Assembly (NCBI GenBank): GCA_964626665.1
Contig: CAZVGK010000021.1
Span: 1-57,515 of the forward strand
Reading direction: 5' to 3'
From: an uncultured Gemmatimonadota bacterium
GTDB lineage: Bacteria > SM23-81 > DAOVCL01
Length of the DNA stretch: 57,515 nt
Shown here: in pieces, positions 10,362 to 21,215 of the stretch
Layout: each line of letters begins with the position of its first letter
Numbering within the stretch: position 1 is the first letter of the stretch
Notes under the pieces: generated by a model
Databases searched by the model: none
Seen by the model: only the letters and a program-made list of their open reading frames with translations
What the model was told of the DNA's origin: nothing
Translations under genes and position numbers: made by a program

Positions 10362-10640
10362 TACTCCTCTCAGCCTCAGCTGAAGGTTCCCTCAAGCCCA
10401 CCTGAAAAACTTTCTCAAAAAAACAAGATCTTGCAAGATTGTATTACAGATTTCACTGAAACCGCTATCGTTGCTCGTGGCCCGTGGAACCCCCAGGGAT
10501 AAAGCCTTTCGTCATTCGCCATTCGGATTTCGTCATTAACCTAAGGCCCTGCAGCAGAACCTGCGTGAATCCGCGGTTTCTGCCCGGCTTTCGCCCTGTC
10601 CGTGGAGCGATCTTCTGCTGCCTGTTCATTAATCATTCCT

Positions 10641-11999
10641 TTATCGGCTTGGGGTCATTGGCTCAGTAATTAAGGCCCTCCTGACGCCCCAGAGCCGCAA
10701 GCCAGCGTTCAGATTGGTGAGCAAGGCAAGGAGGAGAAGGGTGGGATAAATTAGGTTTAGAATCCCCCCCCACATCACGATAAAGAGCCGCACATCCCTT
10801 CCCTGGAGGAGAAAGGAAAGGTAGAAAAGGAGACCCTCCTCCCTCTGGACAACGAGCTGTTTACCAGTGAGCGTTCTATATTTCTCCTTGCCTAACATAG
10901 ACATAAACGAGCCCACAAGGGCAGCAATGCCTACAACCCATACCCAAGGATGCGCACTGACCCGAAATTGACTATAGGTCATCCCTAAGATGATGAAGGC
11001 ATCTGCATAGCGATCTAAGGTGGCATCGAAATAGGCCCCGAAACGGGTCTCCCTGAGCTTCAACCTGGCTATCTCGCCATCTACCCCATCCACGATGGAG
11101 GCCAACTGGGCTGTTAATCCGGCCAACAGATAGCTATGAAACCAGAAGAGAAACCCAGAACAAACCCCCAAAAGGAAGCCTATGAGGGTAACAAGATTAG
11201 GGGTGATTTTGGTCCTCACCAGGAGAGAGGTTAATTTCTGAGAAAAGAAGCGATTGAGCTTACGGGAGACCAGGCCATCGCCTAACTTTACCAAGGAGCG
11301 GCGCAGGGACCGCTCCACCTGGTGCAGAACCTGAGGCGTGTCCACATCCGCCCAGAAGTGCCCGCCTATATCGCAGGTTTTAAGCTCACCCCTCTGAGCC
11401 AAAACCCTTATTCCCTCAGAGAGAATGAGATTTCCTGAGGTATCCAACTCTTCCAGGGCAGTGAAGATAACCGGAGTGCAGAGAAAAATGCCACAATCTA
11501 TGGCATTGTAGCTCTTCAGGTCTTTGCCAATGGATTCAACCCTGCCCTGGTTTACCCAGAGCTTGGTAGCATCCTTTAAATCGCTCACCATGCGGATATT
11601 CTTGTCTATACAGAGAGAACATCCCTTATGGTTATCAAGAAGCTCCTTCAATATTTGAGGCTCCCAGACGTGGTCCGACATAAGGAGAACAAACGAACCC
11701 TCATCGACGAAAAATTCCTTGGCCTTGAGCACAGAGCTGCCATTTCCTTTCTGCCATTCCGAATTATGGACATATTCCACCCTCACCCCATATCTTCCCC
11801 CATCTCCTATGGCCTCCCTGATTTTTTGGGCCTTATAGCCGGTGACAATAACAAATTCCCTTATCCCTACCTTCCTTGCTGAAAGGATCACCCTTTCCAA
11901 TAGGGTTAATCCCAATAGCGGATTTAATTGTTTGGGGGTTCCCCCCCCCTGCTCCTTAAACCTGGATCCCTCTCCGGCAGAGATAATTAAAGCTTTCAT
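10641..11999 (-). CDS. Bifunctional IPCT/DIPPS-like enzyme (nucleotidyltransferase plus CDP-alcohol phosphotransferase)
   Basis: IISAGEGSRF..PKQL, WADVDTP; TPNLVT and DGVDGEIAR...G...DATLDRYAD motif with TM helices. Confidence 0.82.
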   Translation of the reverse strand: MKALIISAGEGSRFKEQGGGTPKQLNPLLGLTLLERVILSARKVGIREFVIVTGYKAQKIREAIGDGGRYGVRVEYVHNSEWQKGNGSSVLKAKEFFVDEGSFVLLMSDHVWEPQILKELLDNHKGCSLCIDKNIRMVSDLKDATKLWVNQGRVESIGKDLKSYNAIDCGIFLCTPVIFTALEELDTSGNLILSEGIRVLAQRGELKTCDIGGHFWADVDTPQVLHQVERSLRRSLVKLGDGLVSRKLNRFFSQKLTSLLVRTKITPNLVTLIGFLLGVCSGFLFWFHSYLLAGLTAQLASIVDGVDGEIARLKLRETRFGAYFDATLDRYADAFIILGMTYSQFRVSAHPWVWVVGIAALVGSFMSMLGKEKYRTLTGKQLVVQREEGLLFYLSFLLQGRDVRLFIVMWGGILNLIYPTLLLLALLTNLNAGLRLWGVRRALITEPMTPSR

Positions 12000-12014
12000 C
12001 TTTCCCCCTTTCCT

Positions 12015-12371
12015 CCCGGATTATGCATCAAGGAACCACGAGATTTCACAAGATACCGTTCTGCACTTTAGTGTGGGCCTCAAGTCAATGACGAAATCCT
12101 AATGACGAATGACGAAAAACCCGCCCTCCGGGGACTTCACGAGCAACGATGTTTTTATCCGCGCAAATCTGCGTTCACCCCGTGAAATAATTTGGAAATA
12201 GACATCATCGCAATCCCAAGATGGCTTTTATTTAATGGGGTTCACCCCGTGAAATAATTTAGAAATAGACATCATCGCATCCCCAAGCTTGCTTTTATTT
12301 AACGGGGTTCACCCCGTGGAATACGAAAGTATATTTAACGGGGTAAATCCGCGGTTTATGAATATTTTGGG
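12015..12371. mobile_element. MITE of the CCCAGATTATGCA / CCCAAAATAT family with nested repeats
   Basis: Both ends match the TSD-flanked MITE at 28144-28365, in opposite orientation. Confidence 0.65.
12174..12347. repeat. Tandem 67+67+40 bp units with TIRs CACCCCGTGAAATA...TATTTAACGGGG
   Basis: Direct reading; the short unit also occurs inverted at 28168-28207. Confidence 0.8.
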
Positions 12372-12779
12372 CCCTAAAGGGTCCTAGACGGATTCAGTGG
12401 ACACAGGTAAACGCAGATTATTAAGGTTTTACCTGGTTTTCCCAGCGATAAATGGCGAACGTCACACCTCAATTAAAAAGGTGGCAAGTTAGAGAAATAT
12501 CCCTCTAAAGTCAATTTAACCCAAGAATGATGCCTTGTCAAGGGGGAAGCAGGCCTTTCTTGAAGCCCGAGAATTAGGGGAATTCCCTATAACAGCGCAG
12601 CCATCGAATTTGGGGGTTGACTTTTAGGGCAAACTGGCCTATTTTGGGAACTGAAACAGCCCCTCACAGAGAATGAGGGAGACTTATTAGCGTGGGATGA
12701 TTCCAATTTCAGCGGTACCAACAATGAAATGTAACCTATTTAGCGGCCCCAGGGGTAACCCTTGGGAGAAAGGAGAACT

Positions 12780-13121
12780 ATGGAGAGAATGATTGGCTTT
12801 TGTGGAATAGTCTGCACGGAATGCCCTGCTTACTTGGCAACCCAAAATGACGATGATGAGGAGAGGAGGAAGGTTGCCCAGTTGTGGTCCCAACAGTTCA
12901 ATGCGGAGATTAAACCAGAGGCCATAAATTGCGACGGATGCCTGATAGAAAATGGGAGGCTGGTCGATTACTGTCGGATTTGCGAGATAAGAAAGTGCGG
13001 GTTGGAAAAGGAGGTCAAAAATTGTGCCTATTGTGATGAATACCCCTGTGATAAACTGCAAAAATTCCTGGTCAATGTCCCCGATGCCCAGTCCACCTTG
13101 GAGGAGATGAGGAACGTGTAG
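12780..13121 (+). CDS. DUF3795 cysteine-rich protein
   Basis: FCGIVCTECP, CDGC, CRICEIRKC, NCAYCDEYPC; AGGAG upstream of ATG 12780. Confidence 0.85.
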   Translation: MERMIGFCGIVCTECPAYLATQNDDDEERRKVAQLWSQQFNAEIKPEAINCDGCLIENGRLVDYCRICEIRKCGLEKEVKNCAYCDEYPCDKLQKFLVNVPDAQSTLEEMRNV

Positions 13122-13132
13122 TTGGGATCAGA

Positions 13133-13194
13133 TGTAGGGACAGGTCTTGAGACCTGTCCGAGGAAAACGGACAAACCTGAAGGTCTGTCCCTAC
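13133..13194. repeat. GTAG-type REP doublet (REPIN)
   Basis: TGTAGGGACAGGTCTTGAGACCTGTCC ... GGACAAACCTGAAGGTCTGTCCCTACA; half copy at 17918-17943. Confidence 0.75.
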
Positions 13195-13215
13195 AAAAAC
13201 CTGCGGAGGTGCACA

Positions 13216-14769
13216 ATGCAATCTACGAAAATTTGTTGGTGGGCTATAGGTGGGCTTATTTTGACTTTGGCCCTCTTGGCCGGCTGTAGCGAAAACAAGA
13301 GCTACAACCCTTATGAGAAAGGAGGCATCGCTGGCACGGTGGAGCCAAAGGATTGCGGGACAAAGGTAGTTGTTCTCCAGGGCAAGCCGGTGGATTCCAC
13401 CTGGGTGGACAAAGGGGGCTACTACAGGATCGACAACCTTAGGGTGGGAACCTACATTTTGCAAGCAAACGCTCCCGGGCACAGCATGTACACATCAAAG
13501 GGGGTTACCATTTATGCCGGGGGGGTGACCACGGTCCCCTTGATAAGGCTCTCCGCTCTTCCTGAAGGGATTCGCTCAACCAAACCGCAAGATGGCGAGA
13601 AGGATGTAGAACTGGCCAACCAGATTTACATCTCCTTCAGAAATCCTATGGAGAGGGAGAGCGTGGAATCCTCCTTTGGCATTGAGCCCCCCTTAGAAGG
13701 TGAGTTTGTCTGGCATAATGAGAACCGCAGTTTATACTACAGGCCTTCCCTCCCCCTCATCCCGGAGACCACCTACACGGCAACCATCACTCGGGGGGCA
13801 CAGACTCAAGAGGGTGACAGCCTCTCCTTTGATTATTCCTTCTCCTTTACCACTGATCAGATAAGAGTCATCTCCGTGCCACTGAAGGATGGGATGAAAG
13901 AGGTTGAGTTACCGGGCCCACCAATCGAACTCAGGTTCAATTCAGAGATGGATCGCTCTGCCACTCAAAGTGCTATTAGCATAGATCCACCCTTAGAGTA
14001 TACCTATAGATGGAATCCCCCCTCTCCCTCACCTCAACATGGATGTGCCATAAAACTCACACATTATCTTCCTTTCAGGGCCGATACTCAATATGCCATA
14101 GTCATTGACAAAAGCGCAAAGGATGTGAACGGGTTCCATATCAAAAAGCCGGATACCATAAATTTCAGCACTGAAGGGGTCAAAATAAGGCATGCTTACC
14201 CTCCCAACGGGATCCTAAATATCCCCACCTACCATACCTCCATCAGTCTCCGATTCAACACCTGGATTGATGAAAGAAGCTTAGAGGATGCCTTTTCCAT
14301 ATATCCAGTAGTCAATGGGGTTTTTCACTTTTATTCGGACGGTATTACTTTTCAACCTGGCTCCTGCTTGAGGACAAGCACAAAATACACAGTAAGTATC
14401 TCGAAAGCAGCAAGCGATATCTACGGAACTAAGCTTTCTGAACCATACTCTTTTTCCTTCACTACCGAGCCACTAAAGGTGGTTTCTACTTCTCCCATCA
14501 ACGGGGCAACCTTTATTGACACTACGGTGAGTATCTACGTCCATTTCAACACTTATGTGGATCAGGGAAAAACTGAGGATGCCTTCTCAATCAATCCTCT
14601 GGTCAATGGCCATTTTGAATGGAGTGCCTTAGATCGGTTCTACTTCTATCCTGACGGATACCTGCAGGCAGATACCACTTATACTGTCAAGGTAGATACC
14701 ACCGCCCAGGACATTGGCGGGGGAAAGCTCCCCTATCCCTATCAGTTCTCCTTCTCCACCAGGAAATAA
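13216..14769 (+). CDS. Lipoprotein with a carboxypeptidase-regulatory-like domain and four Big_5 Ig-like repeats
   Basis: GGAGG RBS, lipobox LLAGC, repeated ISFRNPM..SVE.AFSI.P...G.F.W...T.YT.TI...A.D..G..L..PYSFSFTT. Confidence 0.8.
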   Translation: MQSTKICWWAIGGLILTLALLAGCSENKSYNPYEKGGIAGTVEPKDCGTKVVVLQGKPVDSTWVDKGGYYRIDNLRVGTYILQANAPGHSMYTSKGVTIYAGGVTTVPLIRLSALPEGIRSTKPQDGEKDVELANQIYISFRNPMERESVESSFGIEPPLEGEFVWHNENRSLYYRPSLPLIPETTYTATITRGAQTQEGDSLSFDYSFSFTTDQIRVISVPLKDGMKEVELPGPPIELRFNSEMDRSATQSAISIDPPLEYTYRWNPPSPSPQHGCAIKLTHYLPFRADTQYAIVIDKSAKDVNGFHIKKPDTINFSTEGVKIRHAYPPNGILNIPTYHTSISLRFNTWIDERSLEDAFSIYPVVNGVFHFYSDGITFQPGSCLRTSTKYTVSISKAASDIYGTKLSEPYSFSFTTEPLKVVSTSPINGATFIDTTVSIYVHFNTYVDQGKTEDAFSINPLVNGHFEWSALDRFYFYPDGYLQADTTYTVKVDTTAQDIGGGKLPYPYQFSFSTRK

Positions 14770-14788
14770 AAAAGGAGAAAACGACAAA

Positions 14789-14818
14789 GGGGCTATCCTT
14801 CAGGGATAGCCCCATTTC
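14789..14818. terminator. Intrinsic terminator between convergent genes
   Basis: GGGGCTATCC-TTCAG-GGATAGCCCC stem. Confidence 0.6.
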
Positions 14819-14824
14819 AAAATT

Positions 14825-14854
14825 GAGGTGGCAGAACCCCGATTCTGCCACCTC
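14825..14854. repeat. Palindromic REP-like hairpin (second copy inverted at 18102-18130)
   Basis: GAGGTGGCAGAA-CCCCGA-TTCTGCCACCTC. Confidence 0.65.
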
Positions 14855-14928
14855 CTCCTGGCCGATTCACCAAGAAATTCCCTTTTCCGTCAGGGCAGAG
14901 CCCTGGCGGCACAAACCACTTAGCCTCT

Positions 14929-17778
14929 TTACTGCGGAAGTCGGGCTTTACCAGATAAATCCAATATCTTCTTCAAAAATCCTCCGGTGTAGGATTTTTC
15001 GTTCCGGGCAACCTCCTCCGGGGTTCCCGTGGCCACCACCCATCCCCCATCATCCCCTCCCTCCGGCCCCAGGTCTATGAGATAATCGGCGGATTTAACC
15101 ACATCAAGGTTGTGCTCAATGACGATGACCGTGTTCCCCCTCTCTACCAACCTGTTGAGAACCCGGAGGAGCATCTTTATGTCCTCAAAATGGAGGCCAG
15201 TGGTGGGCTCATCGAGGATATAGAGGGTCCTTCCCGTGCTTAGCTTGGAGAGCTCGGAGGAGAGCTTCACCCGCTGGGCCTCACCTCCAGAGAGGGTGGT
15301 AGCCTGCTGGCCTAAGTGGATGTAACCCAACCCCACATCGACCAAGGTCTGGAGCTTTCTCCTTATCTGGGGGATCTTTTGGAAAAACTGCAGGGCTTGG
15401 TTCACCGTCATATCCAAGACATCGGCAATTGACTTCCCCCGATACCTTATCTGCAGGGTCTCCCGATTATATCTTCTCCCATGACAGACCTCACAGGGGA
15501 TATAGACATCGGGGAGAAAATGCATCTCTATCTTGATGATGCCATCCCCCCGGCAGGCTTCACACCTTCCCCCCTTCACATTGAAGCTGAACCTTCCTGG
15601 CTGATAACCCCTCACCTTGGCCTCTGGAAGCAGAGAGAAGAGTTGCCTTATATGGGTAAATACCCCCGTGTAGGTGGCCGGATTGGAACGAGGGGTTCTC
15701 CCTATGGGCGACTGGTCTATATTGATTACCTTGTCTATCTTCTCCAACCCCTCTATTCTTTCGTATCCTAAGGGGGAGGCCCTTGAGCTGTAAAAGTGCC
15801 TGGAGAGGGCTCGATAAAGGGTCTCATTAATTAGGGTGCTCTTCCCCGAGCCGGATACCCCGGTGATGCAGATGAAGGTCCCCAGGGGGAAATCCACCCT
15901 AATGCGCTTCAGGTTGTTTCCTGTGGCCCCAATAAGGGAGAGTTGACTGAAGTTTCCCCTCCTCCGTGAGACCGGAGTAGGAATGGAGAGCTCCCCGGAG
16001 AGATACCTGCCGGTGAGAGAATTAGGATTCCCCTTGATCTGCACAGGGGAACCGACAGCCACTAAGTATCCCCCTTCTGCTCCCGCCCCTGGCCCTAAGT
16101 CAACTACCCAATCCGCCCTTTCAATGGTCTCCCGGTCATGTTCCACCACTAATACCGTGTTGCCCAAATCTCTTAGGTTGGTCAGGGTGTTCAAAAGCCT
16201 GCAGTTATCCCTCTGATGGAGGCCAATGCTGGGTTCATCTAAAATGTAAAGGATGCCCACAAGCCGGGAACCAATCTGGGTAGCCAACCTTATCCTCTGG
16301 CTCTCCCCTCCAGAGAGGGAGCCCGCTGACCTGTCTAAAGTGAGATAGTCAAGCCCCACATCGATCAGAAACCTTAGCCTCTCCTTTATCTCCTTGAGTA
16401 TCTGGGTGGCCACCATCATCTCTTTATCAGTCAACTGCAAAGTGGAGAAGAATTTCATCGCCTCCTTGACCGACATCGCGGTCAACTGGTTAATAGAGAG
16501 CCCGGCGAGCTTGACTGCCAGACTCTCCTTCTTCAGCCTTGCTCCCTGGCAATCCGGACAGGGCCTGATGCTCATAAAGCCCTCAATCCAATTCCTCACC
16601 CCGGGGGATGAGGTCTGCAGGTAGCGACGAGTGAGCCGGGGGATAACCCCCTCAAATTTCCCTATATACTCCCCAAACCCCTTGCCTTCAGCTAAGTTAT
16701 ATCTGAACCTCATAGTATCTTTTCCCGATCCATAGAGGATGATCTTCTGCACCTGGGAACTGAGCTCACAGAAGGGGGTGTCCAAACTAAATCCGTACTT
16801 TTCGGAAAGGGACTTAAGCTGAAAGCTAATCCATTTGCCTGGAGGGGAACCCCAGGGAACAATGGCCCCTTGGTTTATGCTCTTTTGGGGATCGGGGATT
16901 ACCAACCCTGGGTCTATCTCCCTTTTAGTGCCCAATCCACTACAGGTGGGACAGGCCCCATAGGGACTATTGAAGGAGAATATCCGCGGGGAGATTTCCT
17001 CGTAGCTTATCCCACAGTAGGGACAGGCATAATTCTCATTAAAGAGCAGATCCTCTTTCTCTTCTTGACTCACCAGGGCAATTCCCGCACCAAGCTTGAG
17101 GGCTGTCTCCAAAGAGTCTGCCAGCCGGGAGGCCACCTTCTGGCCAATGACCAAGCGATCCACCACCACCTCGATGTTATGTTTTCTGTTCTTGTCCAGA
17201 CTGATGGGGGAATCAAGCTCCCTAACTTGCCCATCAACCCTGACCCGCACATATCCCTTCCCCTTTACCTCCTCAAAGGCATCCCGATACTCCCCTTTCC
17301 TTCCCCTGACCATTGGGGCCAGGATCTGTATTCTACTTCCCTCAGGGAGGCTGAGGAGGGAGTCCACCATCTGTTGCACTGTTTGCCTGGTTATCCGCCG
17401 GCCACACTTATAACAATAGGGGGTTCCCACCCTGGCATAGAGGAGCCTGAGGTAGTCGTATATCTCGGTAACCGTGGCCACTGTTGAGCGGGGGTTCTTC
17501 CCTGCTGATCTTTGTTGAATGGAGACCGCCGGGGAGAGACCCTCTATCAAATCCACATCTGGCTTCTCCATCAGCCCCAAAAACTGTCGGGCATAGGCCG
17601 AGAGGGACTCCACATACCTCCTCTGCCCTTCGGCATAGAGAGTATCAAAGGCCAGAGACGACTTCCCGGAACCGGAAAGCCCGGTAATTACCACCAGCTT
17701 ATCCCGGGGTATCTCTAAATCGATGCTCTTCAGATTGTGCTTCCTGGCCCCTTTAACTATTATCTTTCCGGGAATCAT
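14929..17778 (-). CDS. uvrA: Excinuclease ABC subunit A
   Basis: Two ABC domains ([23 protein letters not shown]) and Zn fingers. Confidence 0.97.
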   Translation of the reverse strand: MIPGKIIVKGARKHNLKSIDLEIPRDKLVVITGLSGSGKSSLAFDTLYAEGQRRYVESLSAYARQFLGLMEKPDVDLIEGLSPAVSIQQRSAGKNPRSTVATVTEIYDYLRLLYARVGTPYCYKCGRRITRQTVQQMVDSLLSLPEGSRIQILAPMVRGRKGEYRDAFEEVKGKGYVRVRVDGQVRELDSPISLDKNRKHNIEVVVDRLVIGQKVASRLADSLETALKLGAGIALVSQEEKEDLLFNENYACPYCGISYEEISPRIFSFNSPYGACPTCSGLGTKREIDPGLVIPDPQKSINQGAIVPWGSPPGKWISFQLKSLSEKYGFSLDTPFCELSSQVQKIILYGSGKDTMRFRYNLAEGKGFGEYIGKFEGVIPRLTRRYLQTSSPGVRNWIEGFMSIRPCPDCQGARLKKESLAVKLAGLSINQLTAMSVKEAMKFFSTLQLTDKEMMVATQILKEIKERLRFLIDVGLDYLTLDRSAGSLSGGESQRIRLATQIGSRLVGILYILDEPSIGLHQRDNCRLLNTLTNLRDLGNTVLVVEHDRETIERADWVVDLGPGAGAEGGYLVAVGSPVQIKGNPNSLTGRYLSGELSIPTPVSRRRGNFSQLSLIGATGNNLKRIRVDFPLGTFICITGVSGSGKSTLINETLYRALSRHFYSSRASPLGYERIEGLEKIDKVINIDQSPIGRTPRSNPATYTGVFTHIRQLFSLLPEAKVRGYQPGRFSFNVKGGRCEACRGDGIIKIEMHFLPDVYIPCEVCHGRRYNRETLQIRYRGKSIADVLDMTVNQALQFFQKIPQIRRKLQTLVDVGLGYIHLGQQATTLSGGEAQRVKLSSELSKLSTGRTLYILDEPTTGLHFEDIKMLLRVLNRLVERGNTVIVIEHNLDVVKSADYLIDLGPEGGDDGGWVVATGTPEEVARNEKSYTGGFLKKILDLSGKARLPQ

Positions 17779-17859
17779 ATTTATCCTCGGATGGAGAGGA
17801 TTAAAGCTCACCATCATAATCCTAAATTCCGGCCCTGACGGAGCTAAACACTTTGATCT

Positions 17860-18004
17860 TTCTACCCGACTTTAGTCGGGGTAACCCCTTGCGGGCTTTA
17901 GCCCAAGTTTCCCTGCAGACAGGTCTAAAGACCTGTTCCTACAATGTACCTTTGACCTTATATGGGGCCTAAAGGCCCTTAACCCGCACTAAAGTGCGGT
18001 AAAA
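17860..18004. repeat. GTAG-terminated REP/REPIN-like element, copy 2
   Basis: TTCTACCCGACTTTAGTCGGGGTAACCCC...CCCGCACTAAAGTGCGGTA. Confidence 0.7.
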
Positions 18005-18212
18005 ACCTCTACTGAGGACGACCCAAAAAACTTTGCACGAAACTCGTAGCTCATTGCTCCTACCGAGCCGTCAGATCCCCGAATCTGACGGCAAAAGGAA
18101 TCGGTGGCAGAATCGGGGTTCTACCACCTCAGTGATTCAATTTTTACGCTGATAATCTTTAAACTTTGGGACTTTGCCGCGTTGCAATCTTCCCACCTCT
18201 GTGAGCCAGATT

Positions 18213-19028
18213 CTACTTTACGAATTCTAAGAGGAGGGTGAAGGCAAATCTCCTTAAAGAGGGCAAAAATCGGAAGAGGAAATTGTCTAATTGGGAGAGC
18301 GGGTCGGAAAGTTTTTCTAAATGAGGAAGATGAGCTATCCTCTCTAAGAGGGTGAATTCATATCTGCGGCCTTTGGAGAAAAGCCTGTTGAATTTACTCA
18401 CATCCTCCTCACTCATTCCCCCACCGCCAGGGGATTCTGCACAGGGAAGTGGCAGGAGGCTGCGCAGGAAGATCATAGCCTTACCTCTGTTTACCGGCTC
18501 CAAGAAGATGGCTCTTCCCCCTTTCCTTAAAACCCGATGGATCTCCTCTGCGGCCATATCTGGCTGAAGGTGGTGCAAGGCCCCCAACCCAATTACCAAG
18601 TCAAAACTACCCCTCTTAAAAGCCAACTCCTCAGCCGACATCTGGAGAGGTCTGATTCTGCCCTCCATTCCATTTAGGGAGATCGCCTTTTTCAAGACAG
18701 CCAACATCTTGGAGGAGAGATCAATGCTCACCACTTTGGCCCCAGCCTGAGCACATCTGATCGAGGAGAAACCCAGGCCACAGCAGCAATCCAGGACAGA
18801 TTCCCCTCTCAAATCTCCCCAGAGGGAACAGAGCTTCCTGTATCTGGCCGGATACCACTCCTCAGGGTCATAGGTAAAGAAGTCCTGAGAGAAATGTTTC
18901 AGATAATCATCTGCCTTTTGGTCATAAAATTCCCTCTCTATCCCAGCCTTCTTTCTGACATTTTCCCTTCTCTTCAGCCGGTTTCGGTAGAGCCCAAGTA
19001 TCCTTCTTCTATTCTCTCGCCAGATCAT
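18213..19028 (-). CDS. Class I SAM-dependent methyltransferase
   Basis: VLDCCCGLG, IDLS, SFDLV...ALHHL, RVLRKGGRAIFLEP. Confidence 0.85.
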   Translation of the reverse strand: MIWRENRRRILGLYRNRLKRRENVRKKAGIEREFYDQKADDYLKHFSQDFFTYDPEEWYPARYRKLCSLWGDLRGESVLDCCCGLGFSSIRCAQAGAKVVSIDLSSKMLAVLKKAISLNGMEGRIRPLQMSAEELAFKRGSFDLVIGLGALHHLQPDMAAEEIHRVLRKGGRAIFLEPVNRGKAMIFLRSLLPLPCAESPGGGGMSEEDVSKFNRLFSKGRRYEFTLLERIAHLPHLEKLSDPLSQLDNFLFRFLPSLRRFAFTLLLEFVK

Positions 19029-20339
19029 CTATCCAAAGGGAAATCTAATAGGTCCCTTCTTGCCCATCCTCTTCACCATTTTCTCTATCATCACAAACTC
19101 CTTCAAAAGTCTGTTTATGTCTTGCACTGCCGTTCCGCTCCCCCGGGCAATCCTCTTCTTCCTGCTTCCATCAATGAGATGGGGTTTCCTCCTCTCCAGA
19201 GGGGTCATAGAGCCAATAATGGCCTCAGCCTTGACCAATTCCCTCTCATCTACCTCTGCCCCACGCAGACGGCCCCTTCCCCATCCGGGGATGAGCTCCA
19301 CCAGGGACTGCAGGGGTCCTAATTTCCTCACCTGCTTTATCTGATCAAGGAAATCCTGCAGGGTGAACTCATGCTGGAGAAGTTTGGCCTCAATCTTTTT
19401 GGCCTGCTCCTGATCCACCGCAGCCTGGGCTTTCTCCACCAAGCTCACCACATCCCCCATCCCTAATATCCGGGAAGCCATTCGATCTGGATAGAAAACC
19501 TCTAAGTCCTCTGGCTTCTCCCCTACCCCGACCATCCTAATTGGCCTCCCAGTGGCGGCCCTCATAGAAAGGGCCGCCCCCCCCTGGGCATCTCCATCTA
19601 ATTTGGTCAGGATAATACCATCAATGCCCAATTGAGTCTCAAACTCCTCCGCCACCCGCACAGCCTCCTGACCGGTCATCGCATCGGCCAACAAGAGTAT
19701 CTCCTCCGGAGAGACCTTCTTCTTTATCTGCCGCAGCTGCTCCATCATCCTCTCATCGATGTGCAGCCTTCCAGCGGTGTCCAAGATGAGGAGGTCAAAC
19801 CCCGCGCTTAGGGCCCAACCTGCAGCCTTTTGGCAAACCTTAACTGGATCCCTATCCTGAGTGGCTGCATAGACTTCTACCCCCAGGGATTTCCCTATAA
19901 TCTGCAATTGATCAACTGCCGCCGGCCTATATGGGTCCGCTGGAACAAGAAGAGGCTTAAAACCCTGTGAGCTAAACCACTTGGCCAGCTTGCCTGCGGT
20001 GGTCGTCTTCCCGGAACCCTGCAGACCAACCAGCATAATCTTCGATCCCTTCGGCGGCCTAAGGGGAGAGGGTTCCTTACCCAAAAGCTCCACTAACTTG
20101 TCATAGATGACCTTGATCATCTCTTGCCCCGGGGTTATGCTGCGGGTGATCTCCCTCCCAATGGCCTCTTGCTCCGCCTTGGCCACAAATTCCTTGGCTA
20201 CTTTGTAGTTTACATCAGCCTCTAAGAGGACCTTCCTCACCTCCCTTAGGGCATCGGAGATGTTCTTCTCATTGAGCTTTCCCTGCCCCAACATTCTCTT
20301 AAAGGTGGCGTTTAACCTATCCCTCAGATCCTCGAACAT
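19029..20339 (-). CDS. ffh: Signal recognition particle protein
   Basis: [27 protein letters not shown] domain SMTPLER. Confidence 0.96.
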   Translation of the reverse strand: MFEDLRDRLNATFKRMLGQGKLNEKNISDALREVRKVLLEADVNYKVAKEFVAKAEQEAIGREITRSITPGQEMIKVIYDKLVELLGKEPSPLRPPKGSKIMLVGLQGSGKTTTAGKLAKWFSSQGFKPLLVPADPYRPAAVDQLQIIGKSLGVEVYAATQDRDPVKVCQKAAGWALSAGFDLLILDTAGRLHIDERMMEQLRQIKKKVSPEEILLLADAMTGQEAVRVAEEFETQLGIDGIILTKLDGDAQGGAALSMRAATGRPIRMVGVGEKPEDLEVFYPDRMASRILGMGDVVSLVEKAQAAVDQEQAKKIEAKLLQHEFTLQDFLDQIKQVRKLGPLQSLVELIPGWGRGRLRGAEVDERELVKAEAIIGSMTPLERRKPHLIDGSRKKRIARGSGTAVQDINRLLKEFVMIEKMVKRMGKKGPIRFPFG

Positions 20340-20826
20340 ACCTTCTCCTTATGTGGGGTAACAATCCTCCGTCCCTCAGGATACCCATCACGAACTGGGG
20401 GAAGGGGGGAAATGCAAAATGGGAGCCCCTTAAGGTAATCCGATGAGCATTGAGGTCTATTTCAATTTCCTCCCCTGGCTTAGCAACTCTGACCAGCTCA
20501 GGGAGAACAATAGCCGAAAGCCCTTGGTTTATGGCATTGCGGTAGAAGATGCGGGAAAAGGAGACTGCCACTATGGCCCCCACCCCAGCGGCAACCAAGC
20601 AGGTGACCGCCTGCTCCCTGGAGCTGCCACAGCCGAAATTCTTCCCGGCAACGATCACATCCCCTTTTCTTACCCGGCGAGCAAAATCGGGGTCTAAATC
20701 CTCTAAGGCATGCTGGGCCATTTCCTGGGGGTTCTGCACCGTATAGGTATATTTCCCGGGAAAGATGACATCCGTGTTTACATCGTCACCATACTTAAAC
20801 ACCTTTCCTCTGATGATATTTTCCAT
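20317..20826 (-). CDS. leuD: 3-isopropylmalate dehydratase/homoaconitase small subunit
   Basis: [31 protein letters not shown]; substrate (LeuD versus HacB) not resolvable. Confidence 0.8.
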   Translation of the reverse strand: MENIIRGKVFKYGDDVNTDVIFPGKYTYTVQNPQEMAQHALEDLDPDFARRVRKGDVIVAGKNFGCGSSREQAVTCLVAAGVGAIVAVSFSRIFYRNAINQGLSAIVLPELVRVAKPGEEIEIDLNAHRITLRGSHFAFPPFPQFVMGILRDGGLLPHIRRRYVRGSEG

Positions 20827-20960
20827 AATCCTCCTCTGGTTTGGATTATTCAGGTTAGTGGCCCCAGTAATAAAGGGTTTTCCCATTTTAATTTGCTAAT
20901 TGCTAATTGAACATTGCTACTTACTCTTTGAGGTAGCCCTGTACCACAAACTCGCAGAAG

Positions 20961-21071
20961 ACTTCTACCGCACTTTAGTGCGGGTTAAGGGTCTTTAGGT
21001 CTCTCAGGGTTGAGTCCAGAGAACGGGCTAAAGCCCTAAAGAGGTTACCCCGGCTAAAGCCAGGTAGAAGT
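20961..21071. repeat. GTAG-terminated REP/REPIN-like element, copy 3, between the dehydratase subunit genes
   Basis: ACTTCTACCGCACTTTAGTGCGGG...GGCTAAAGCCAGGTAGAAGT. Confidence 0.75.
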
Positions 21072-21215
21072 GTAGGGGTCGCATTTATGCGACCCGAACT
21101 AAGAACCCCACGAGTAACGAGCTACGATGGTTTCTTGTTTGCGGCTTTACCGCTGACGACCCTAAATTTCCGTAGTATCTGCGTCTGGCTGCGTGCATCT
21201 GCGGTTCCCAGTTTT

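Larger units (their letters stand above)
10069..10445. mobile_element. TIR-less non-autonomous element carrying several nested repeat families
   Basis: Begins AGCGCGGCAGTGCCGCAACCAAA and ends TTTCTCAAAAAAACAAG; the same two ends occur inverted at 24169-24336, and the first end again near 42569. Confidence 0.5.

Noticed and set aside
12174-12347. Possible CRISPR array
   Set aside because: Interiors of units 1 and 2 are near-identical rather than unique spacers, there are only three units, and no cas genes
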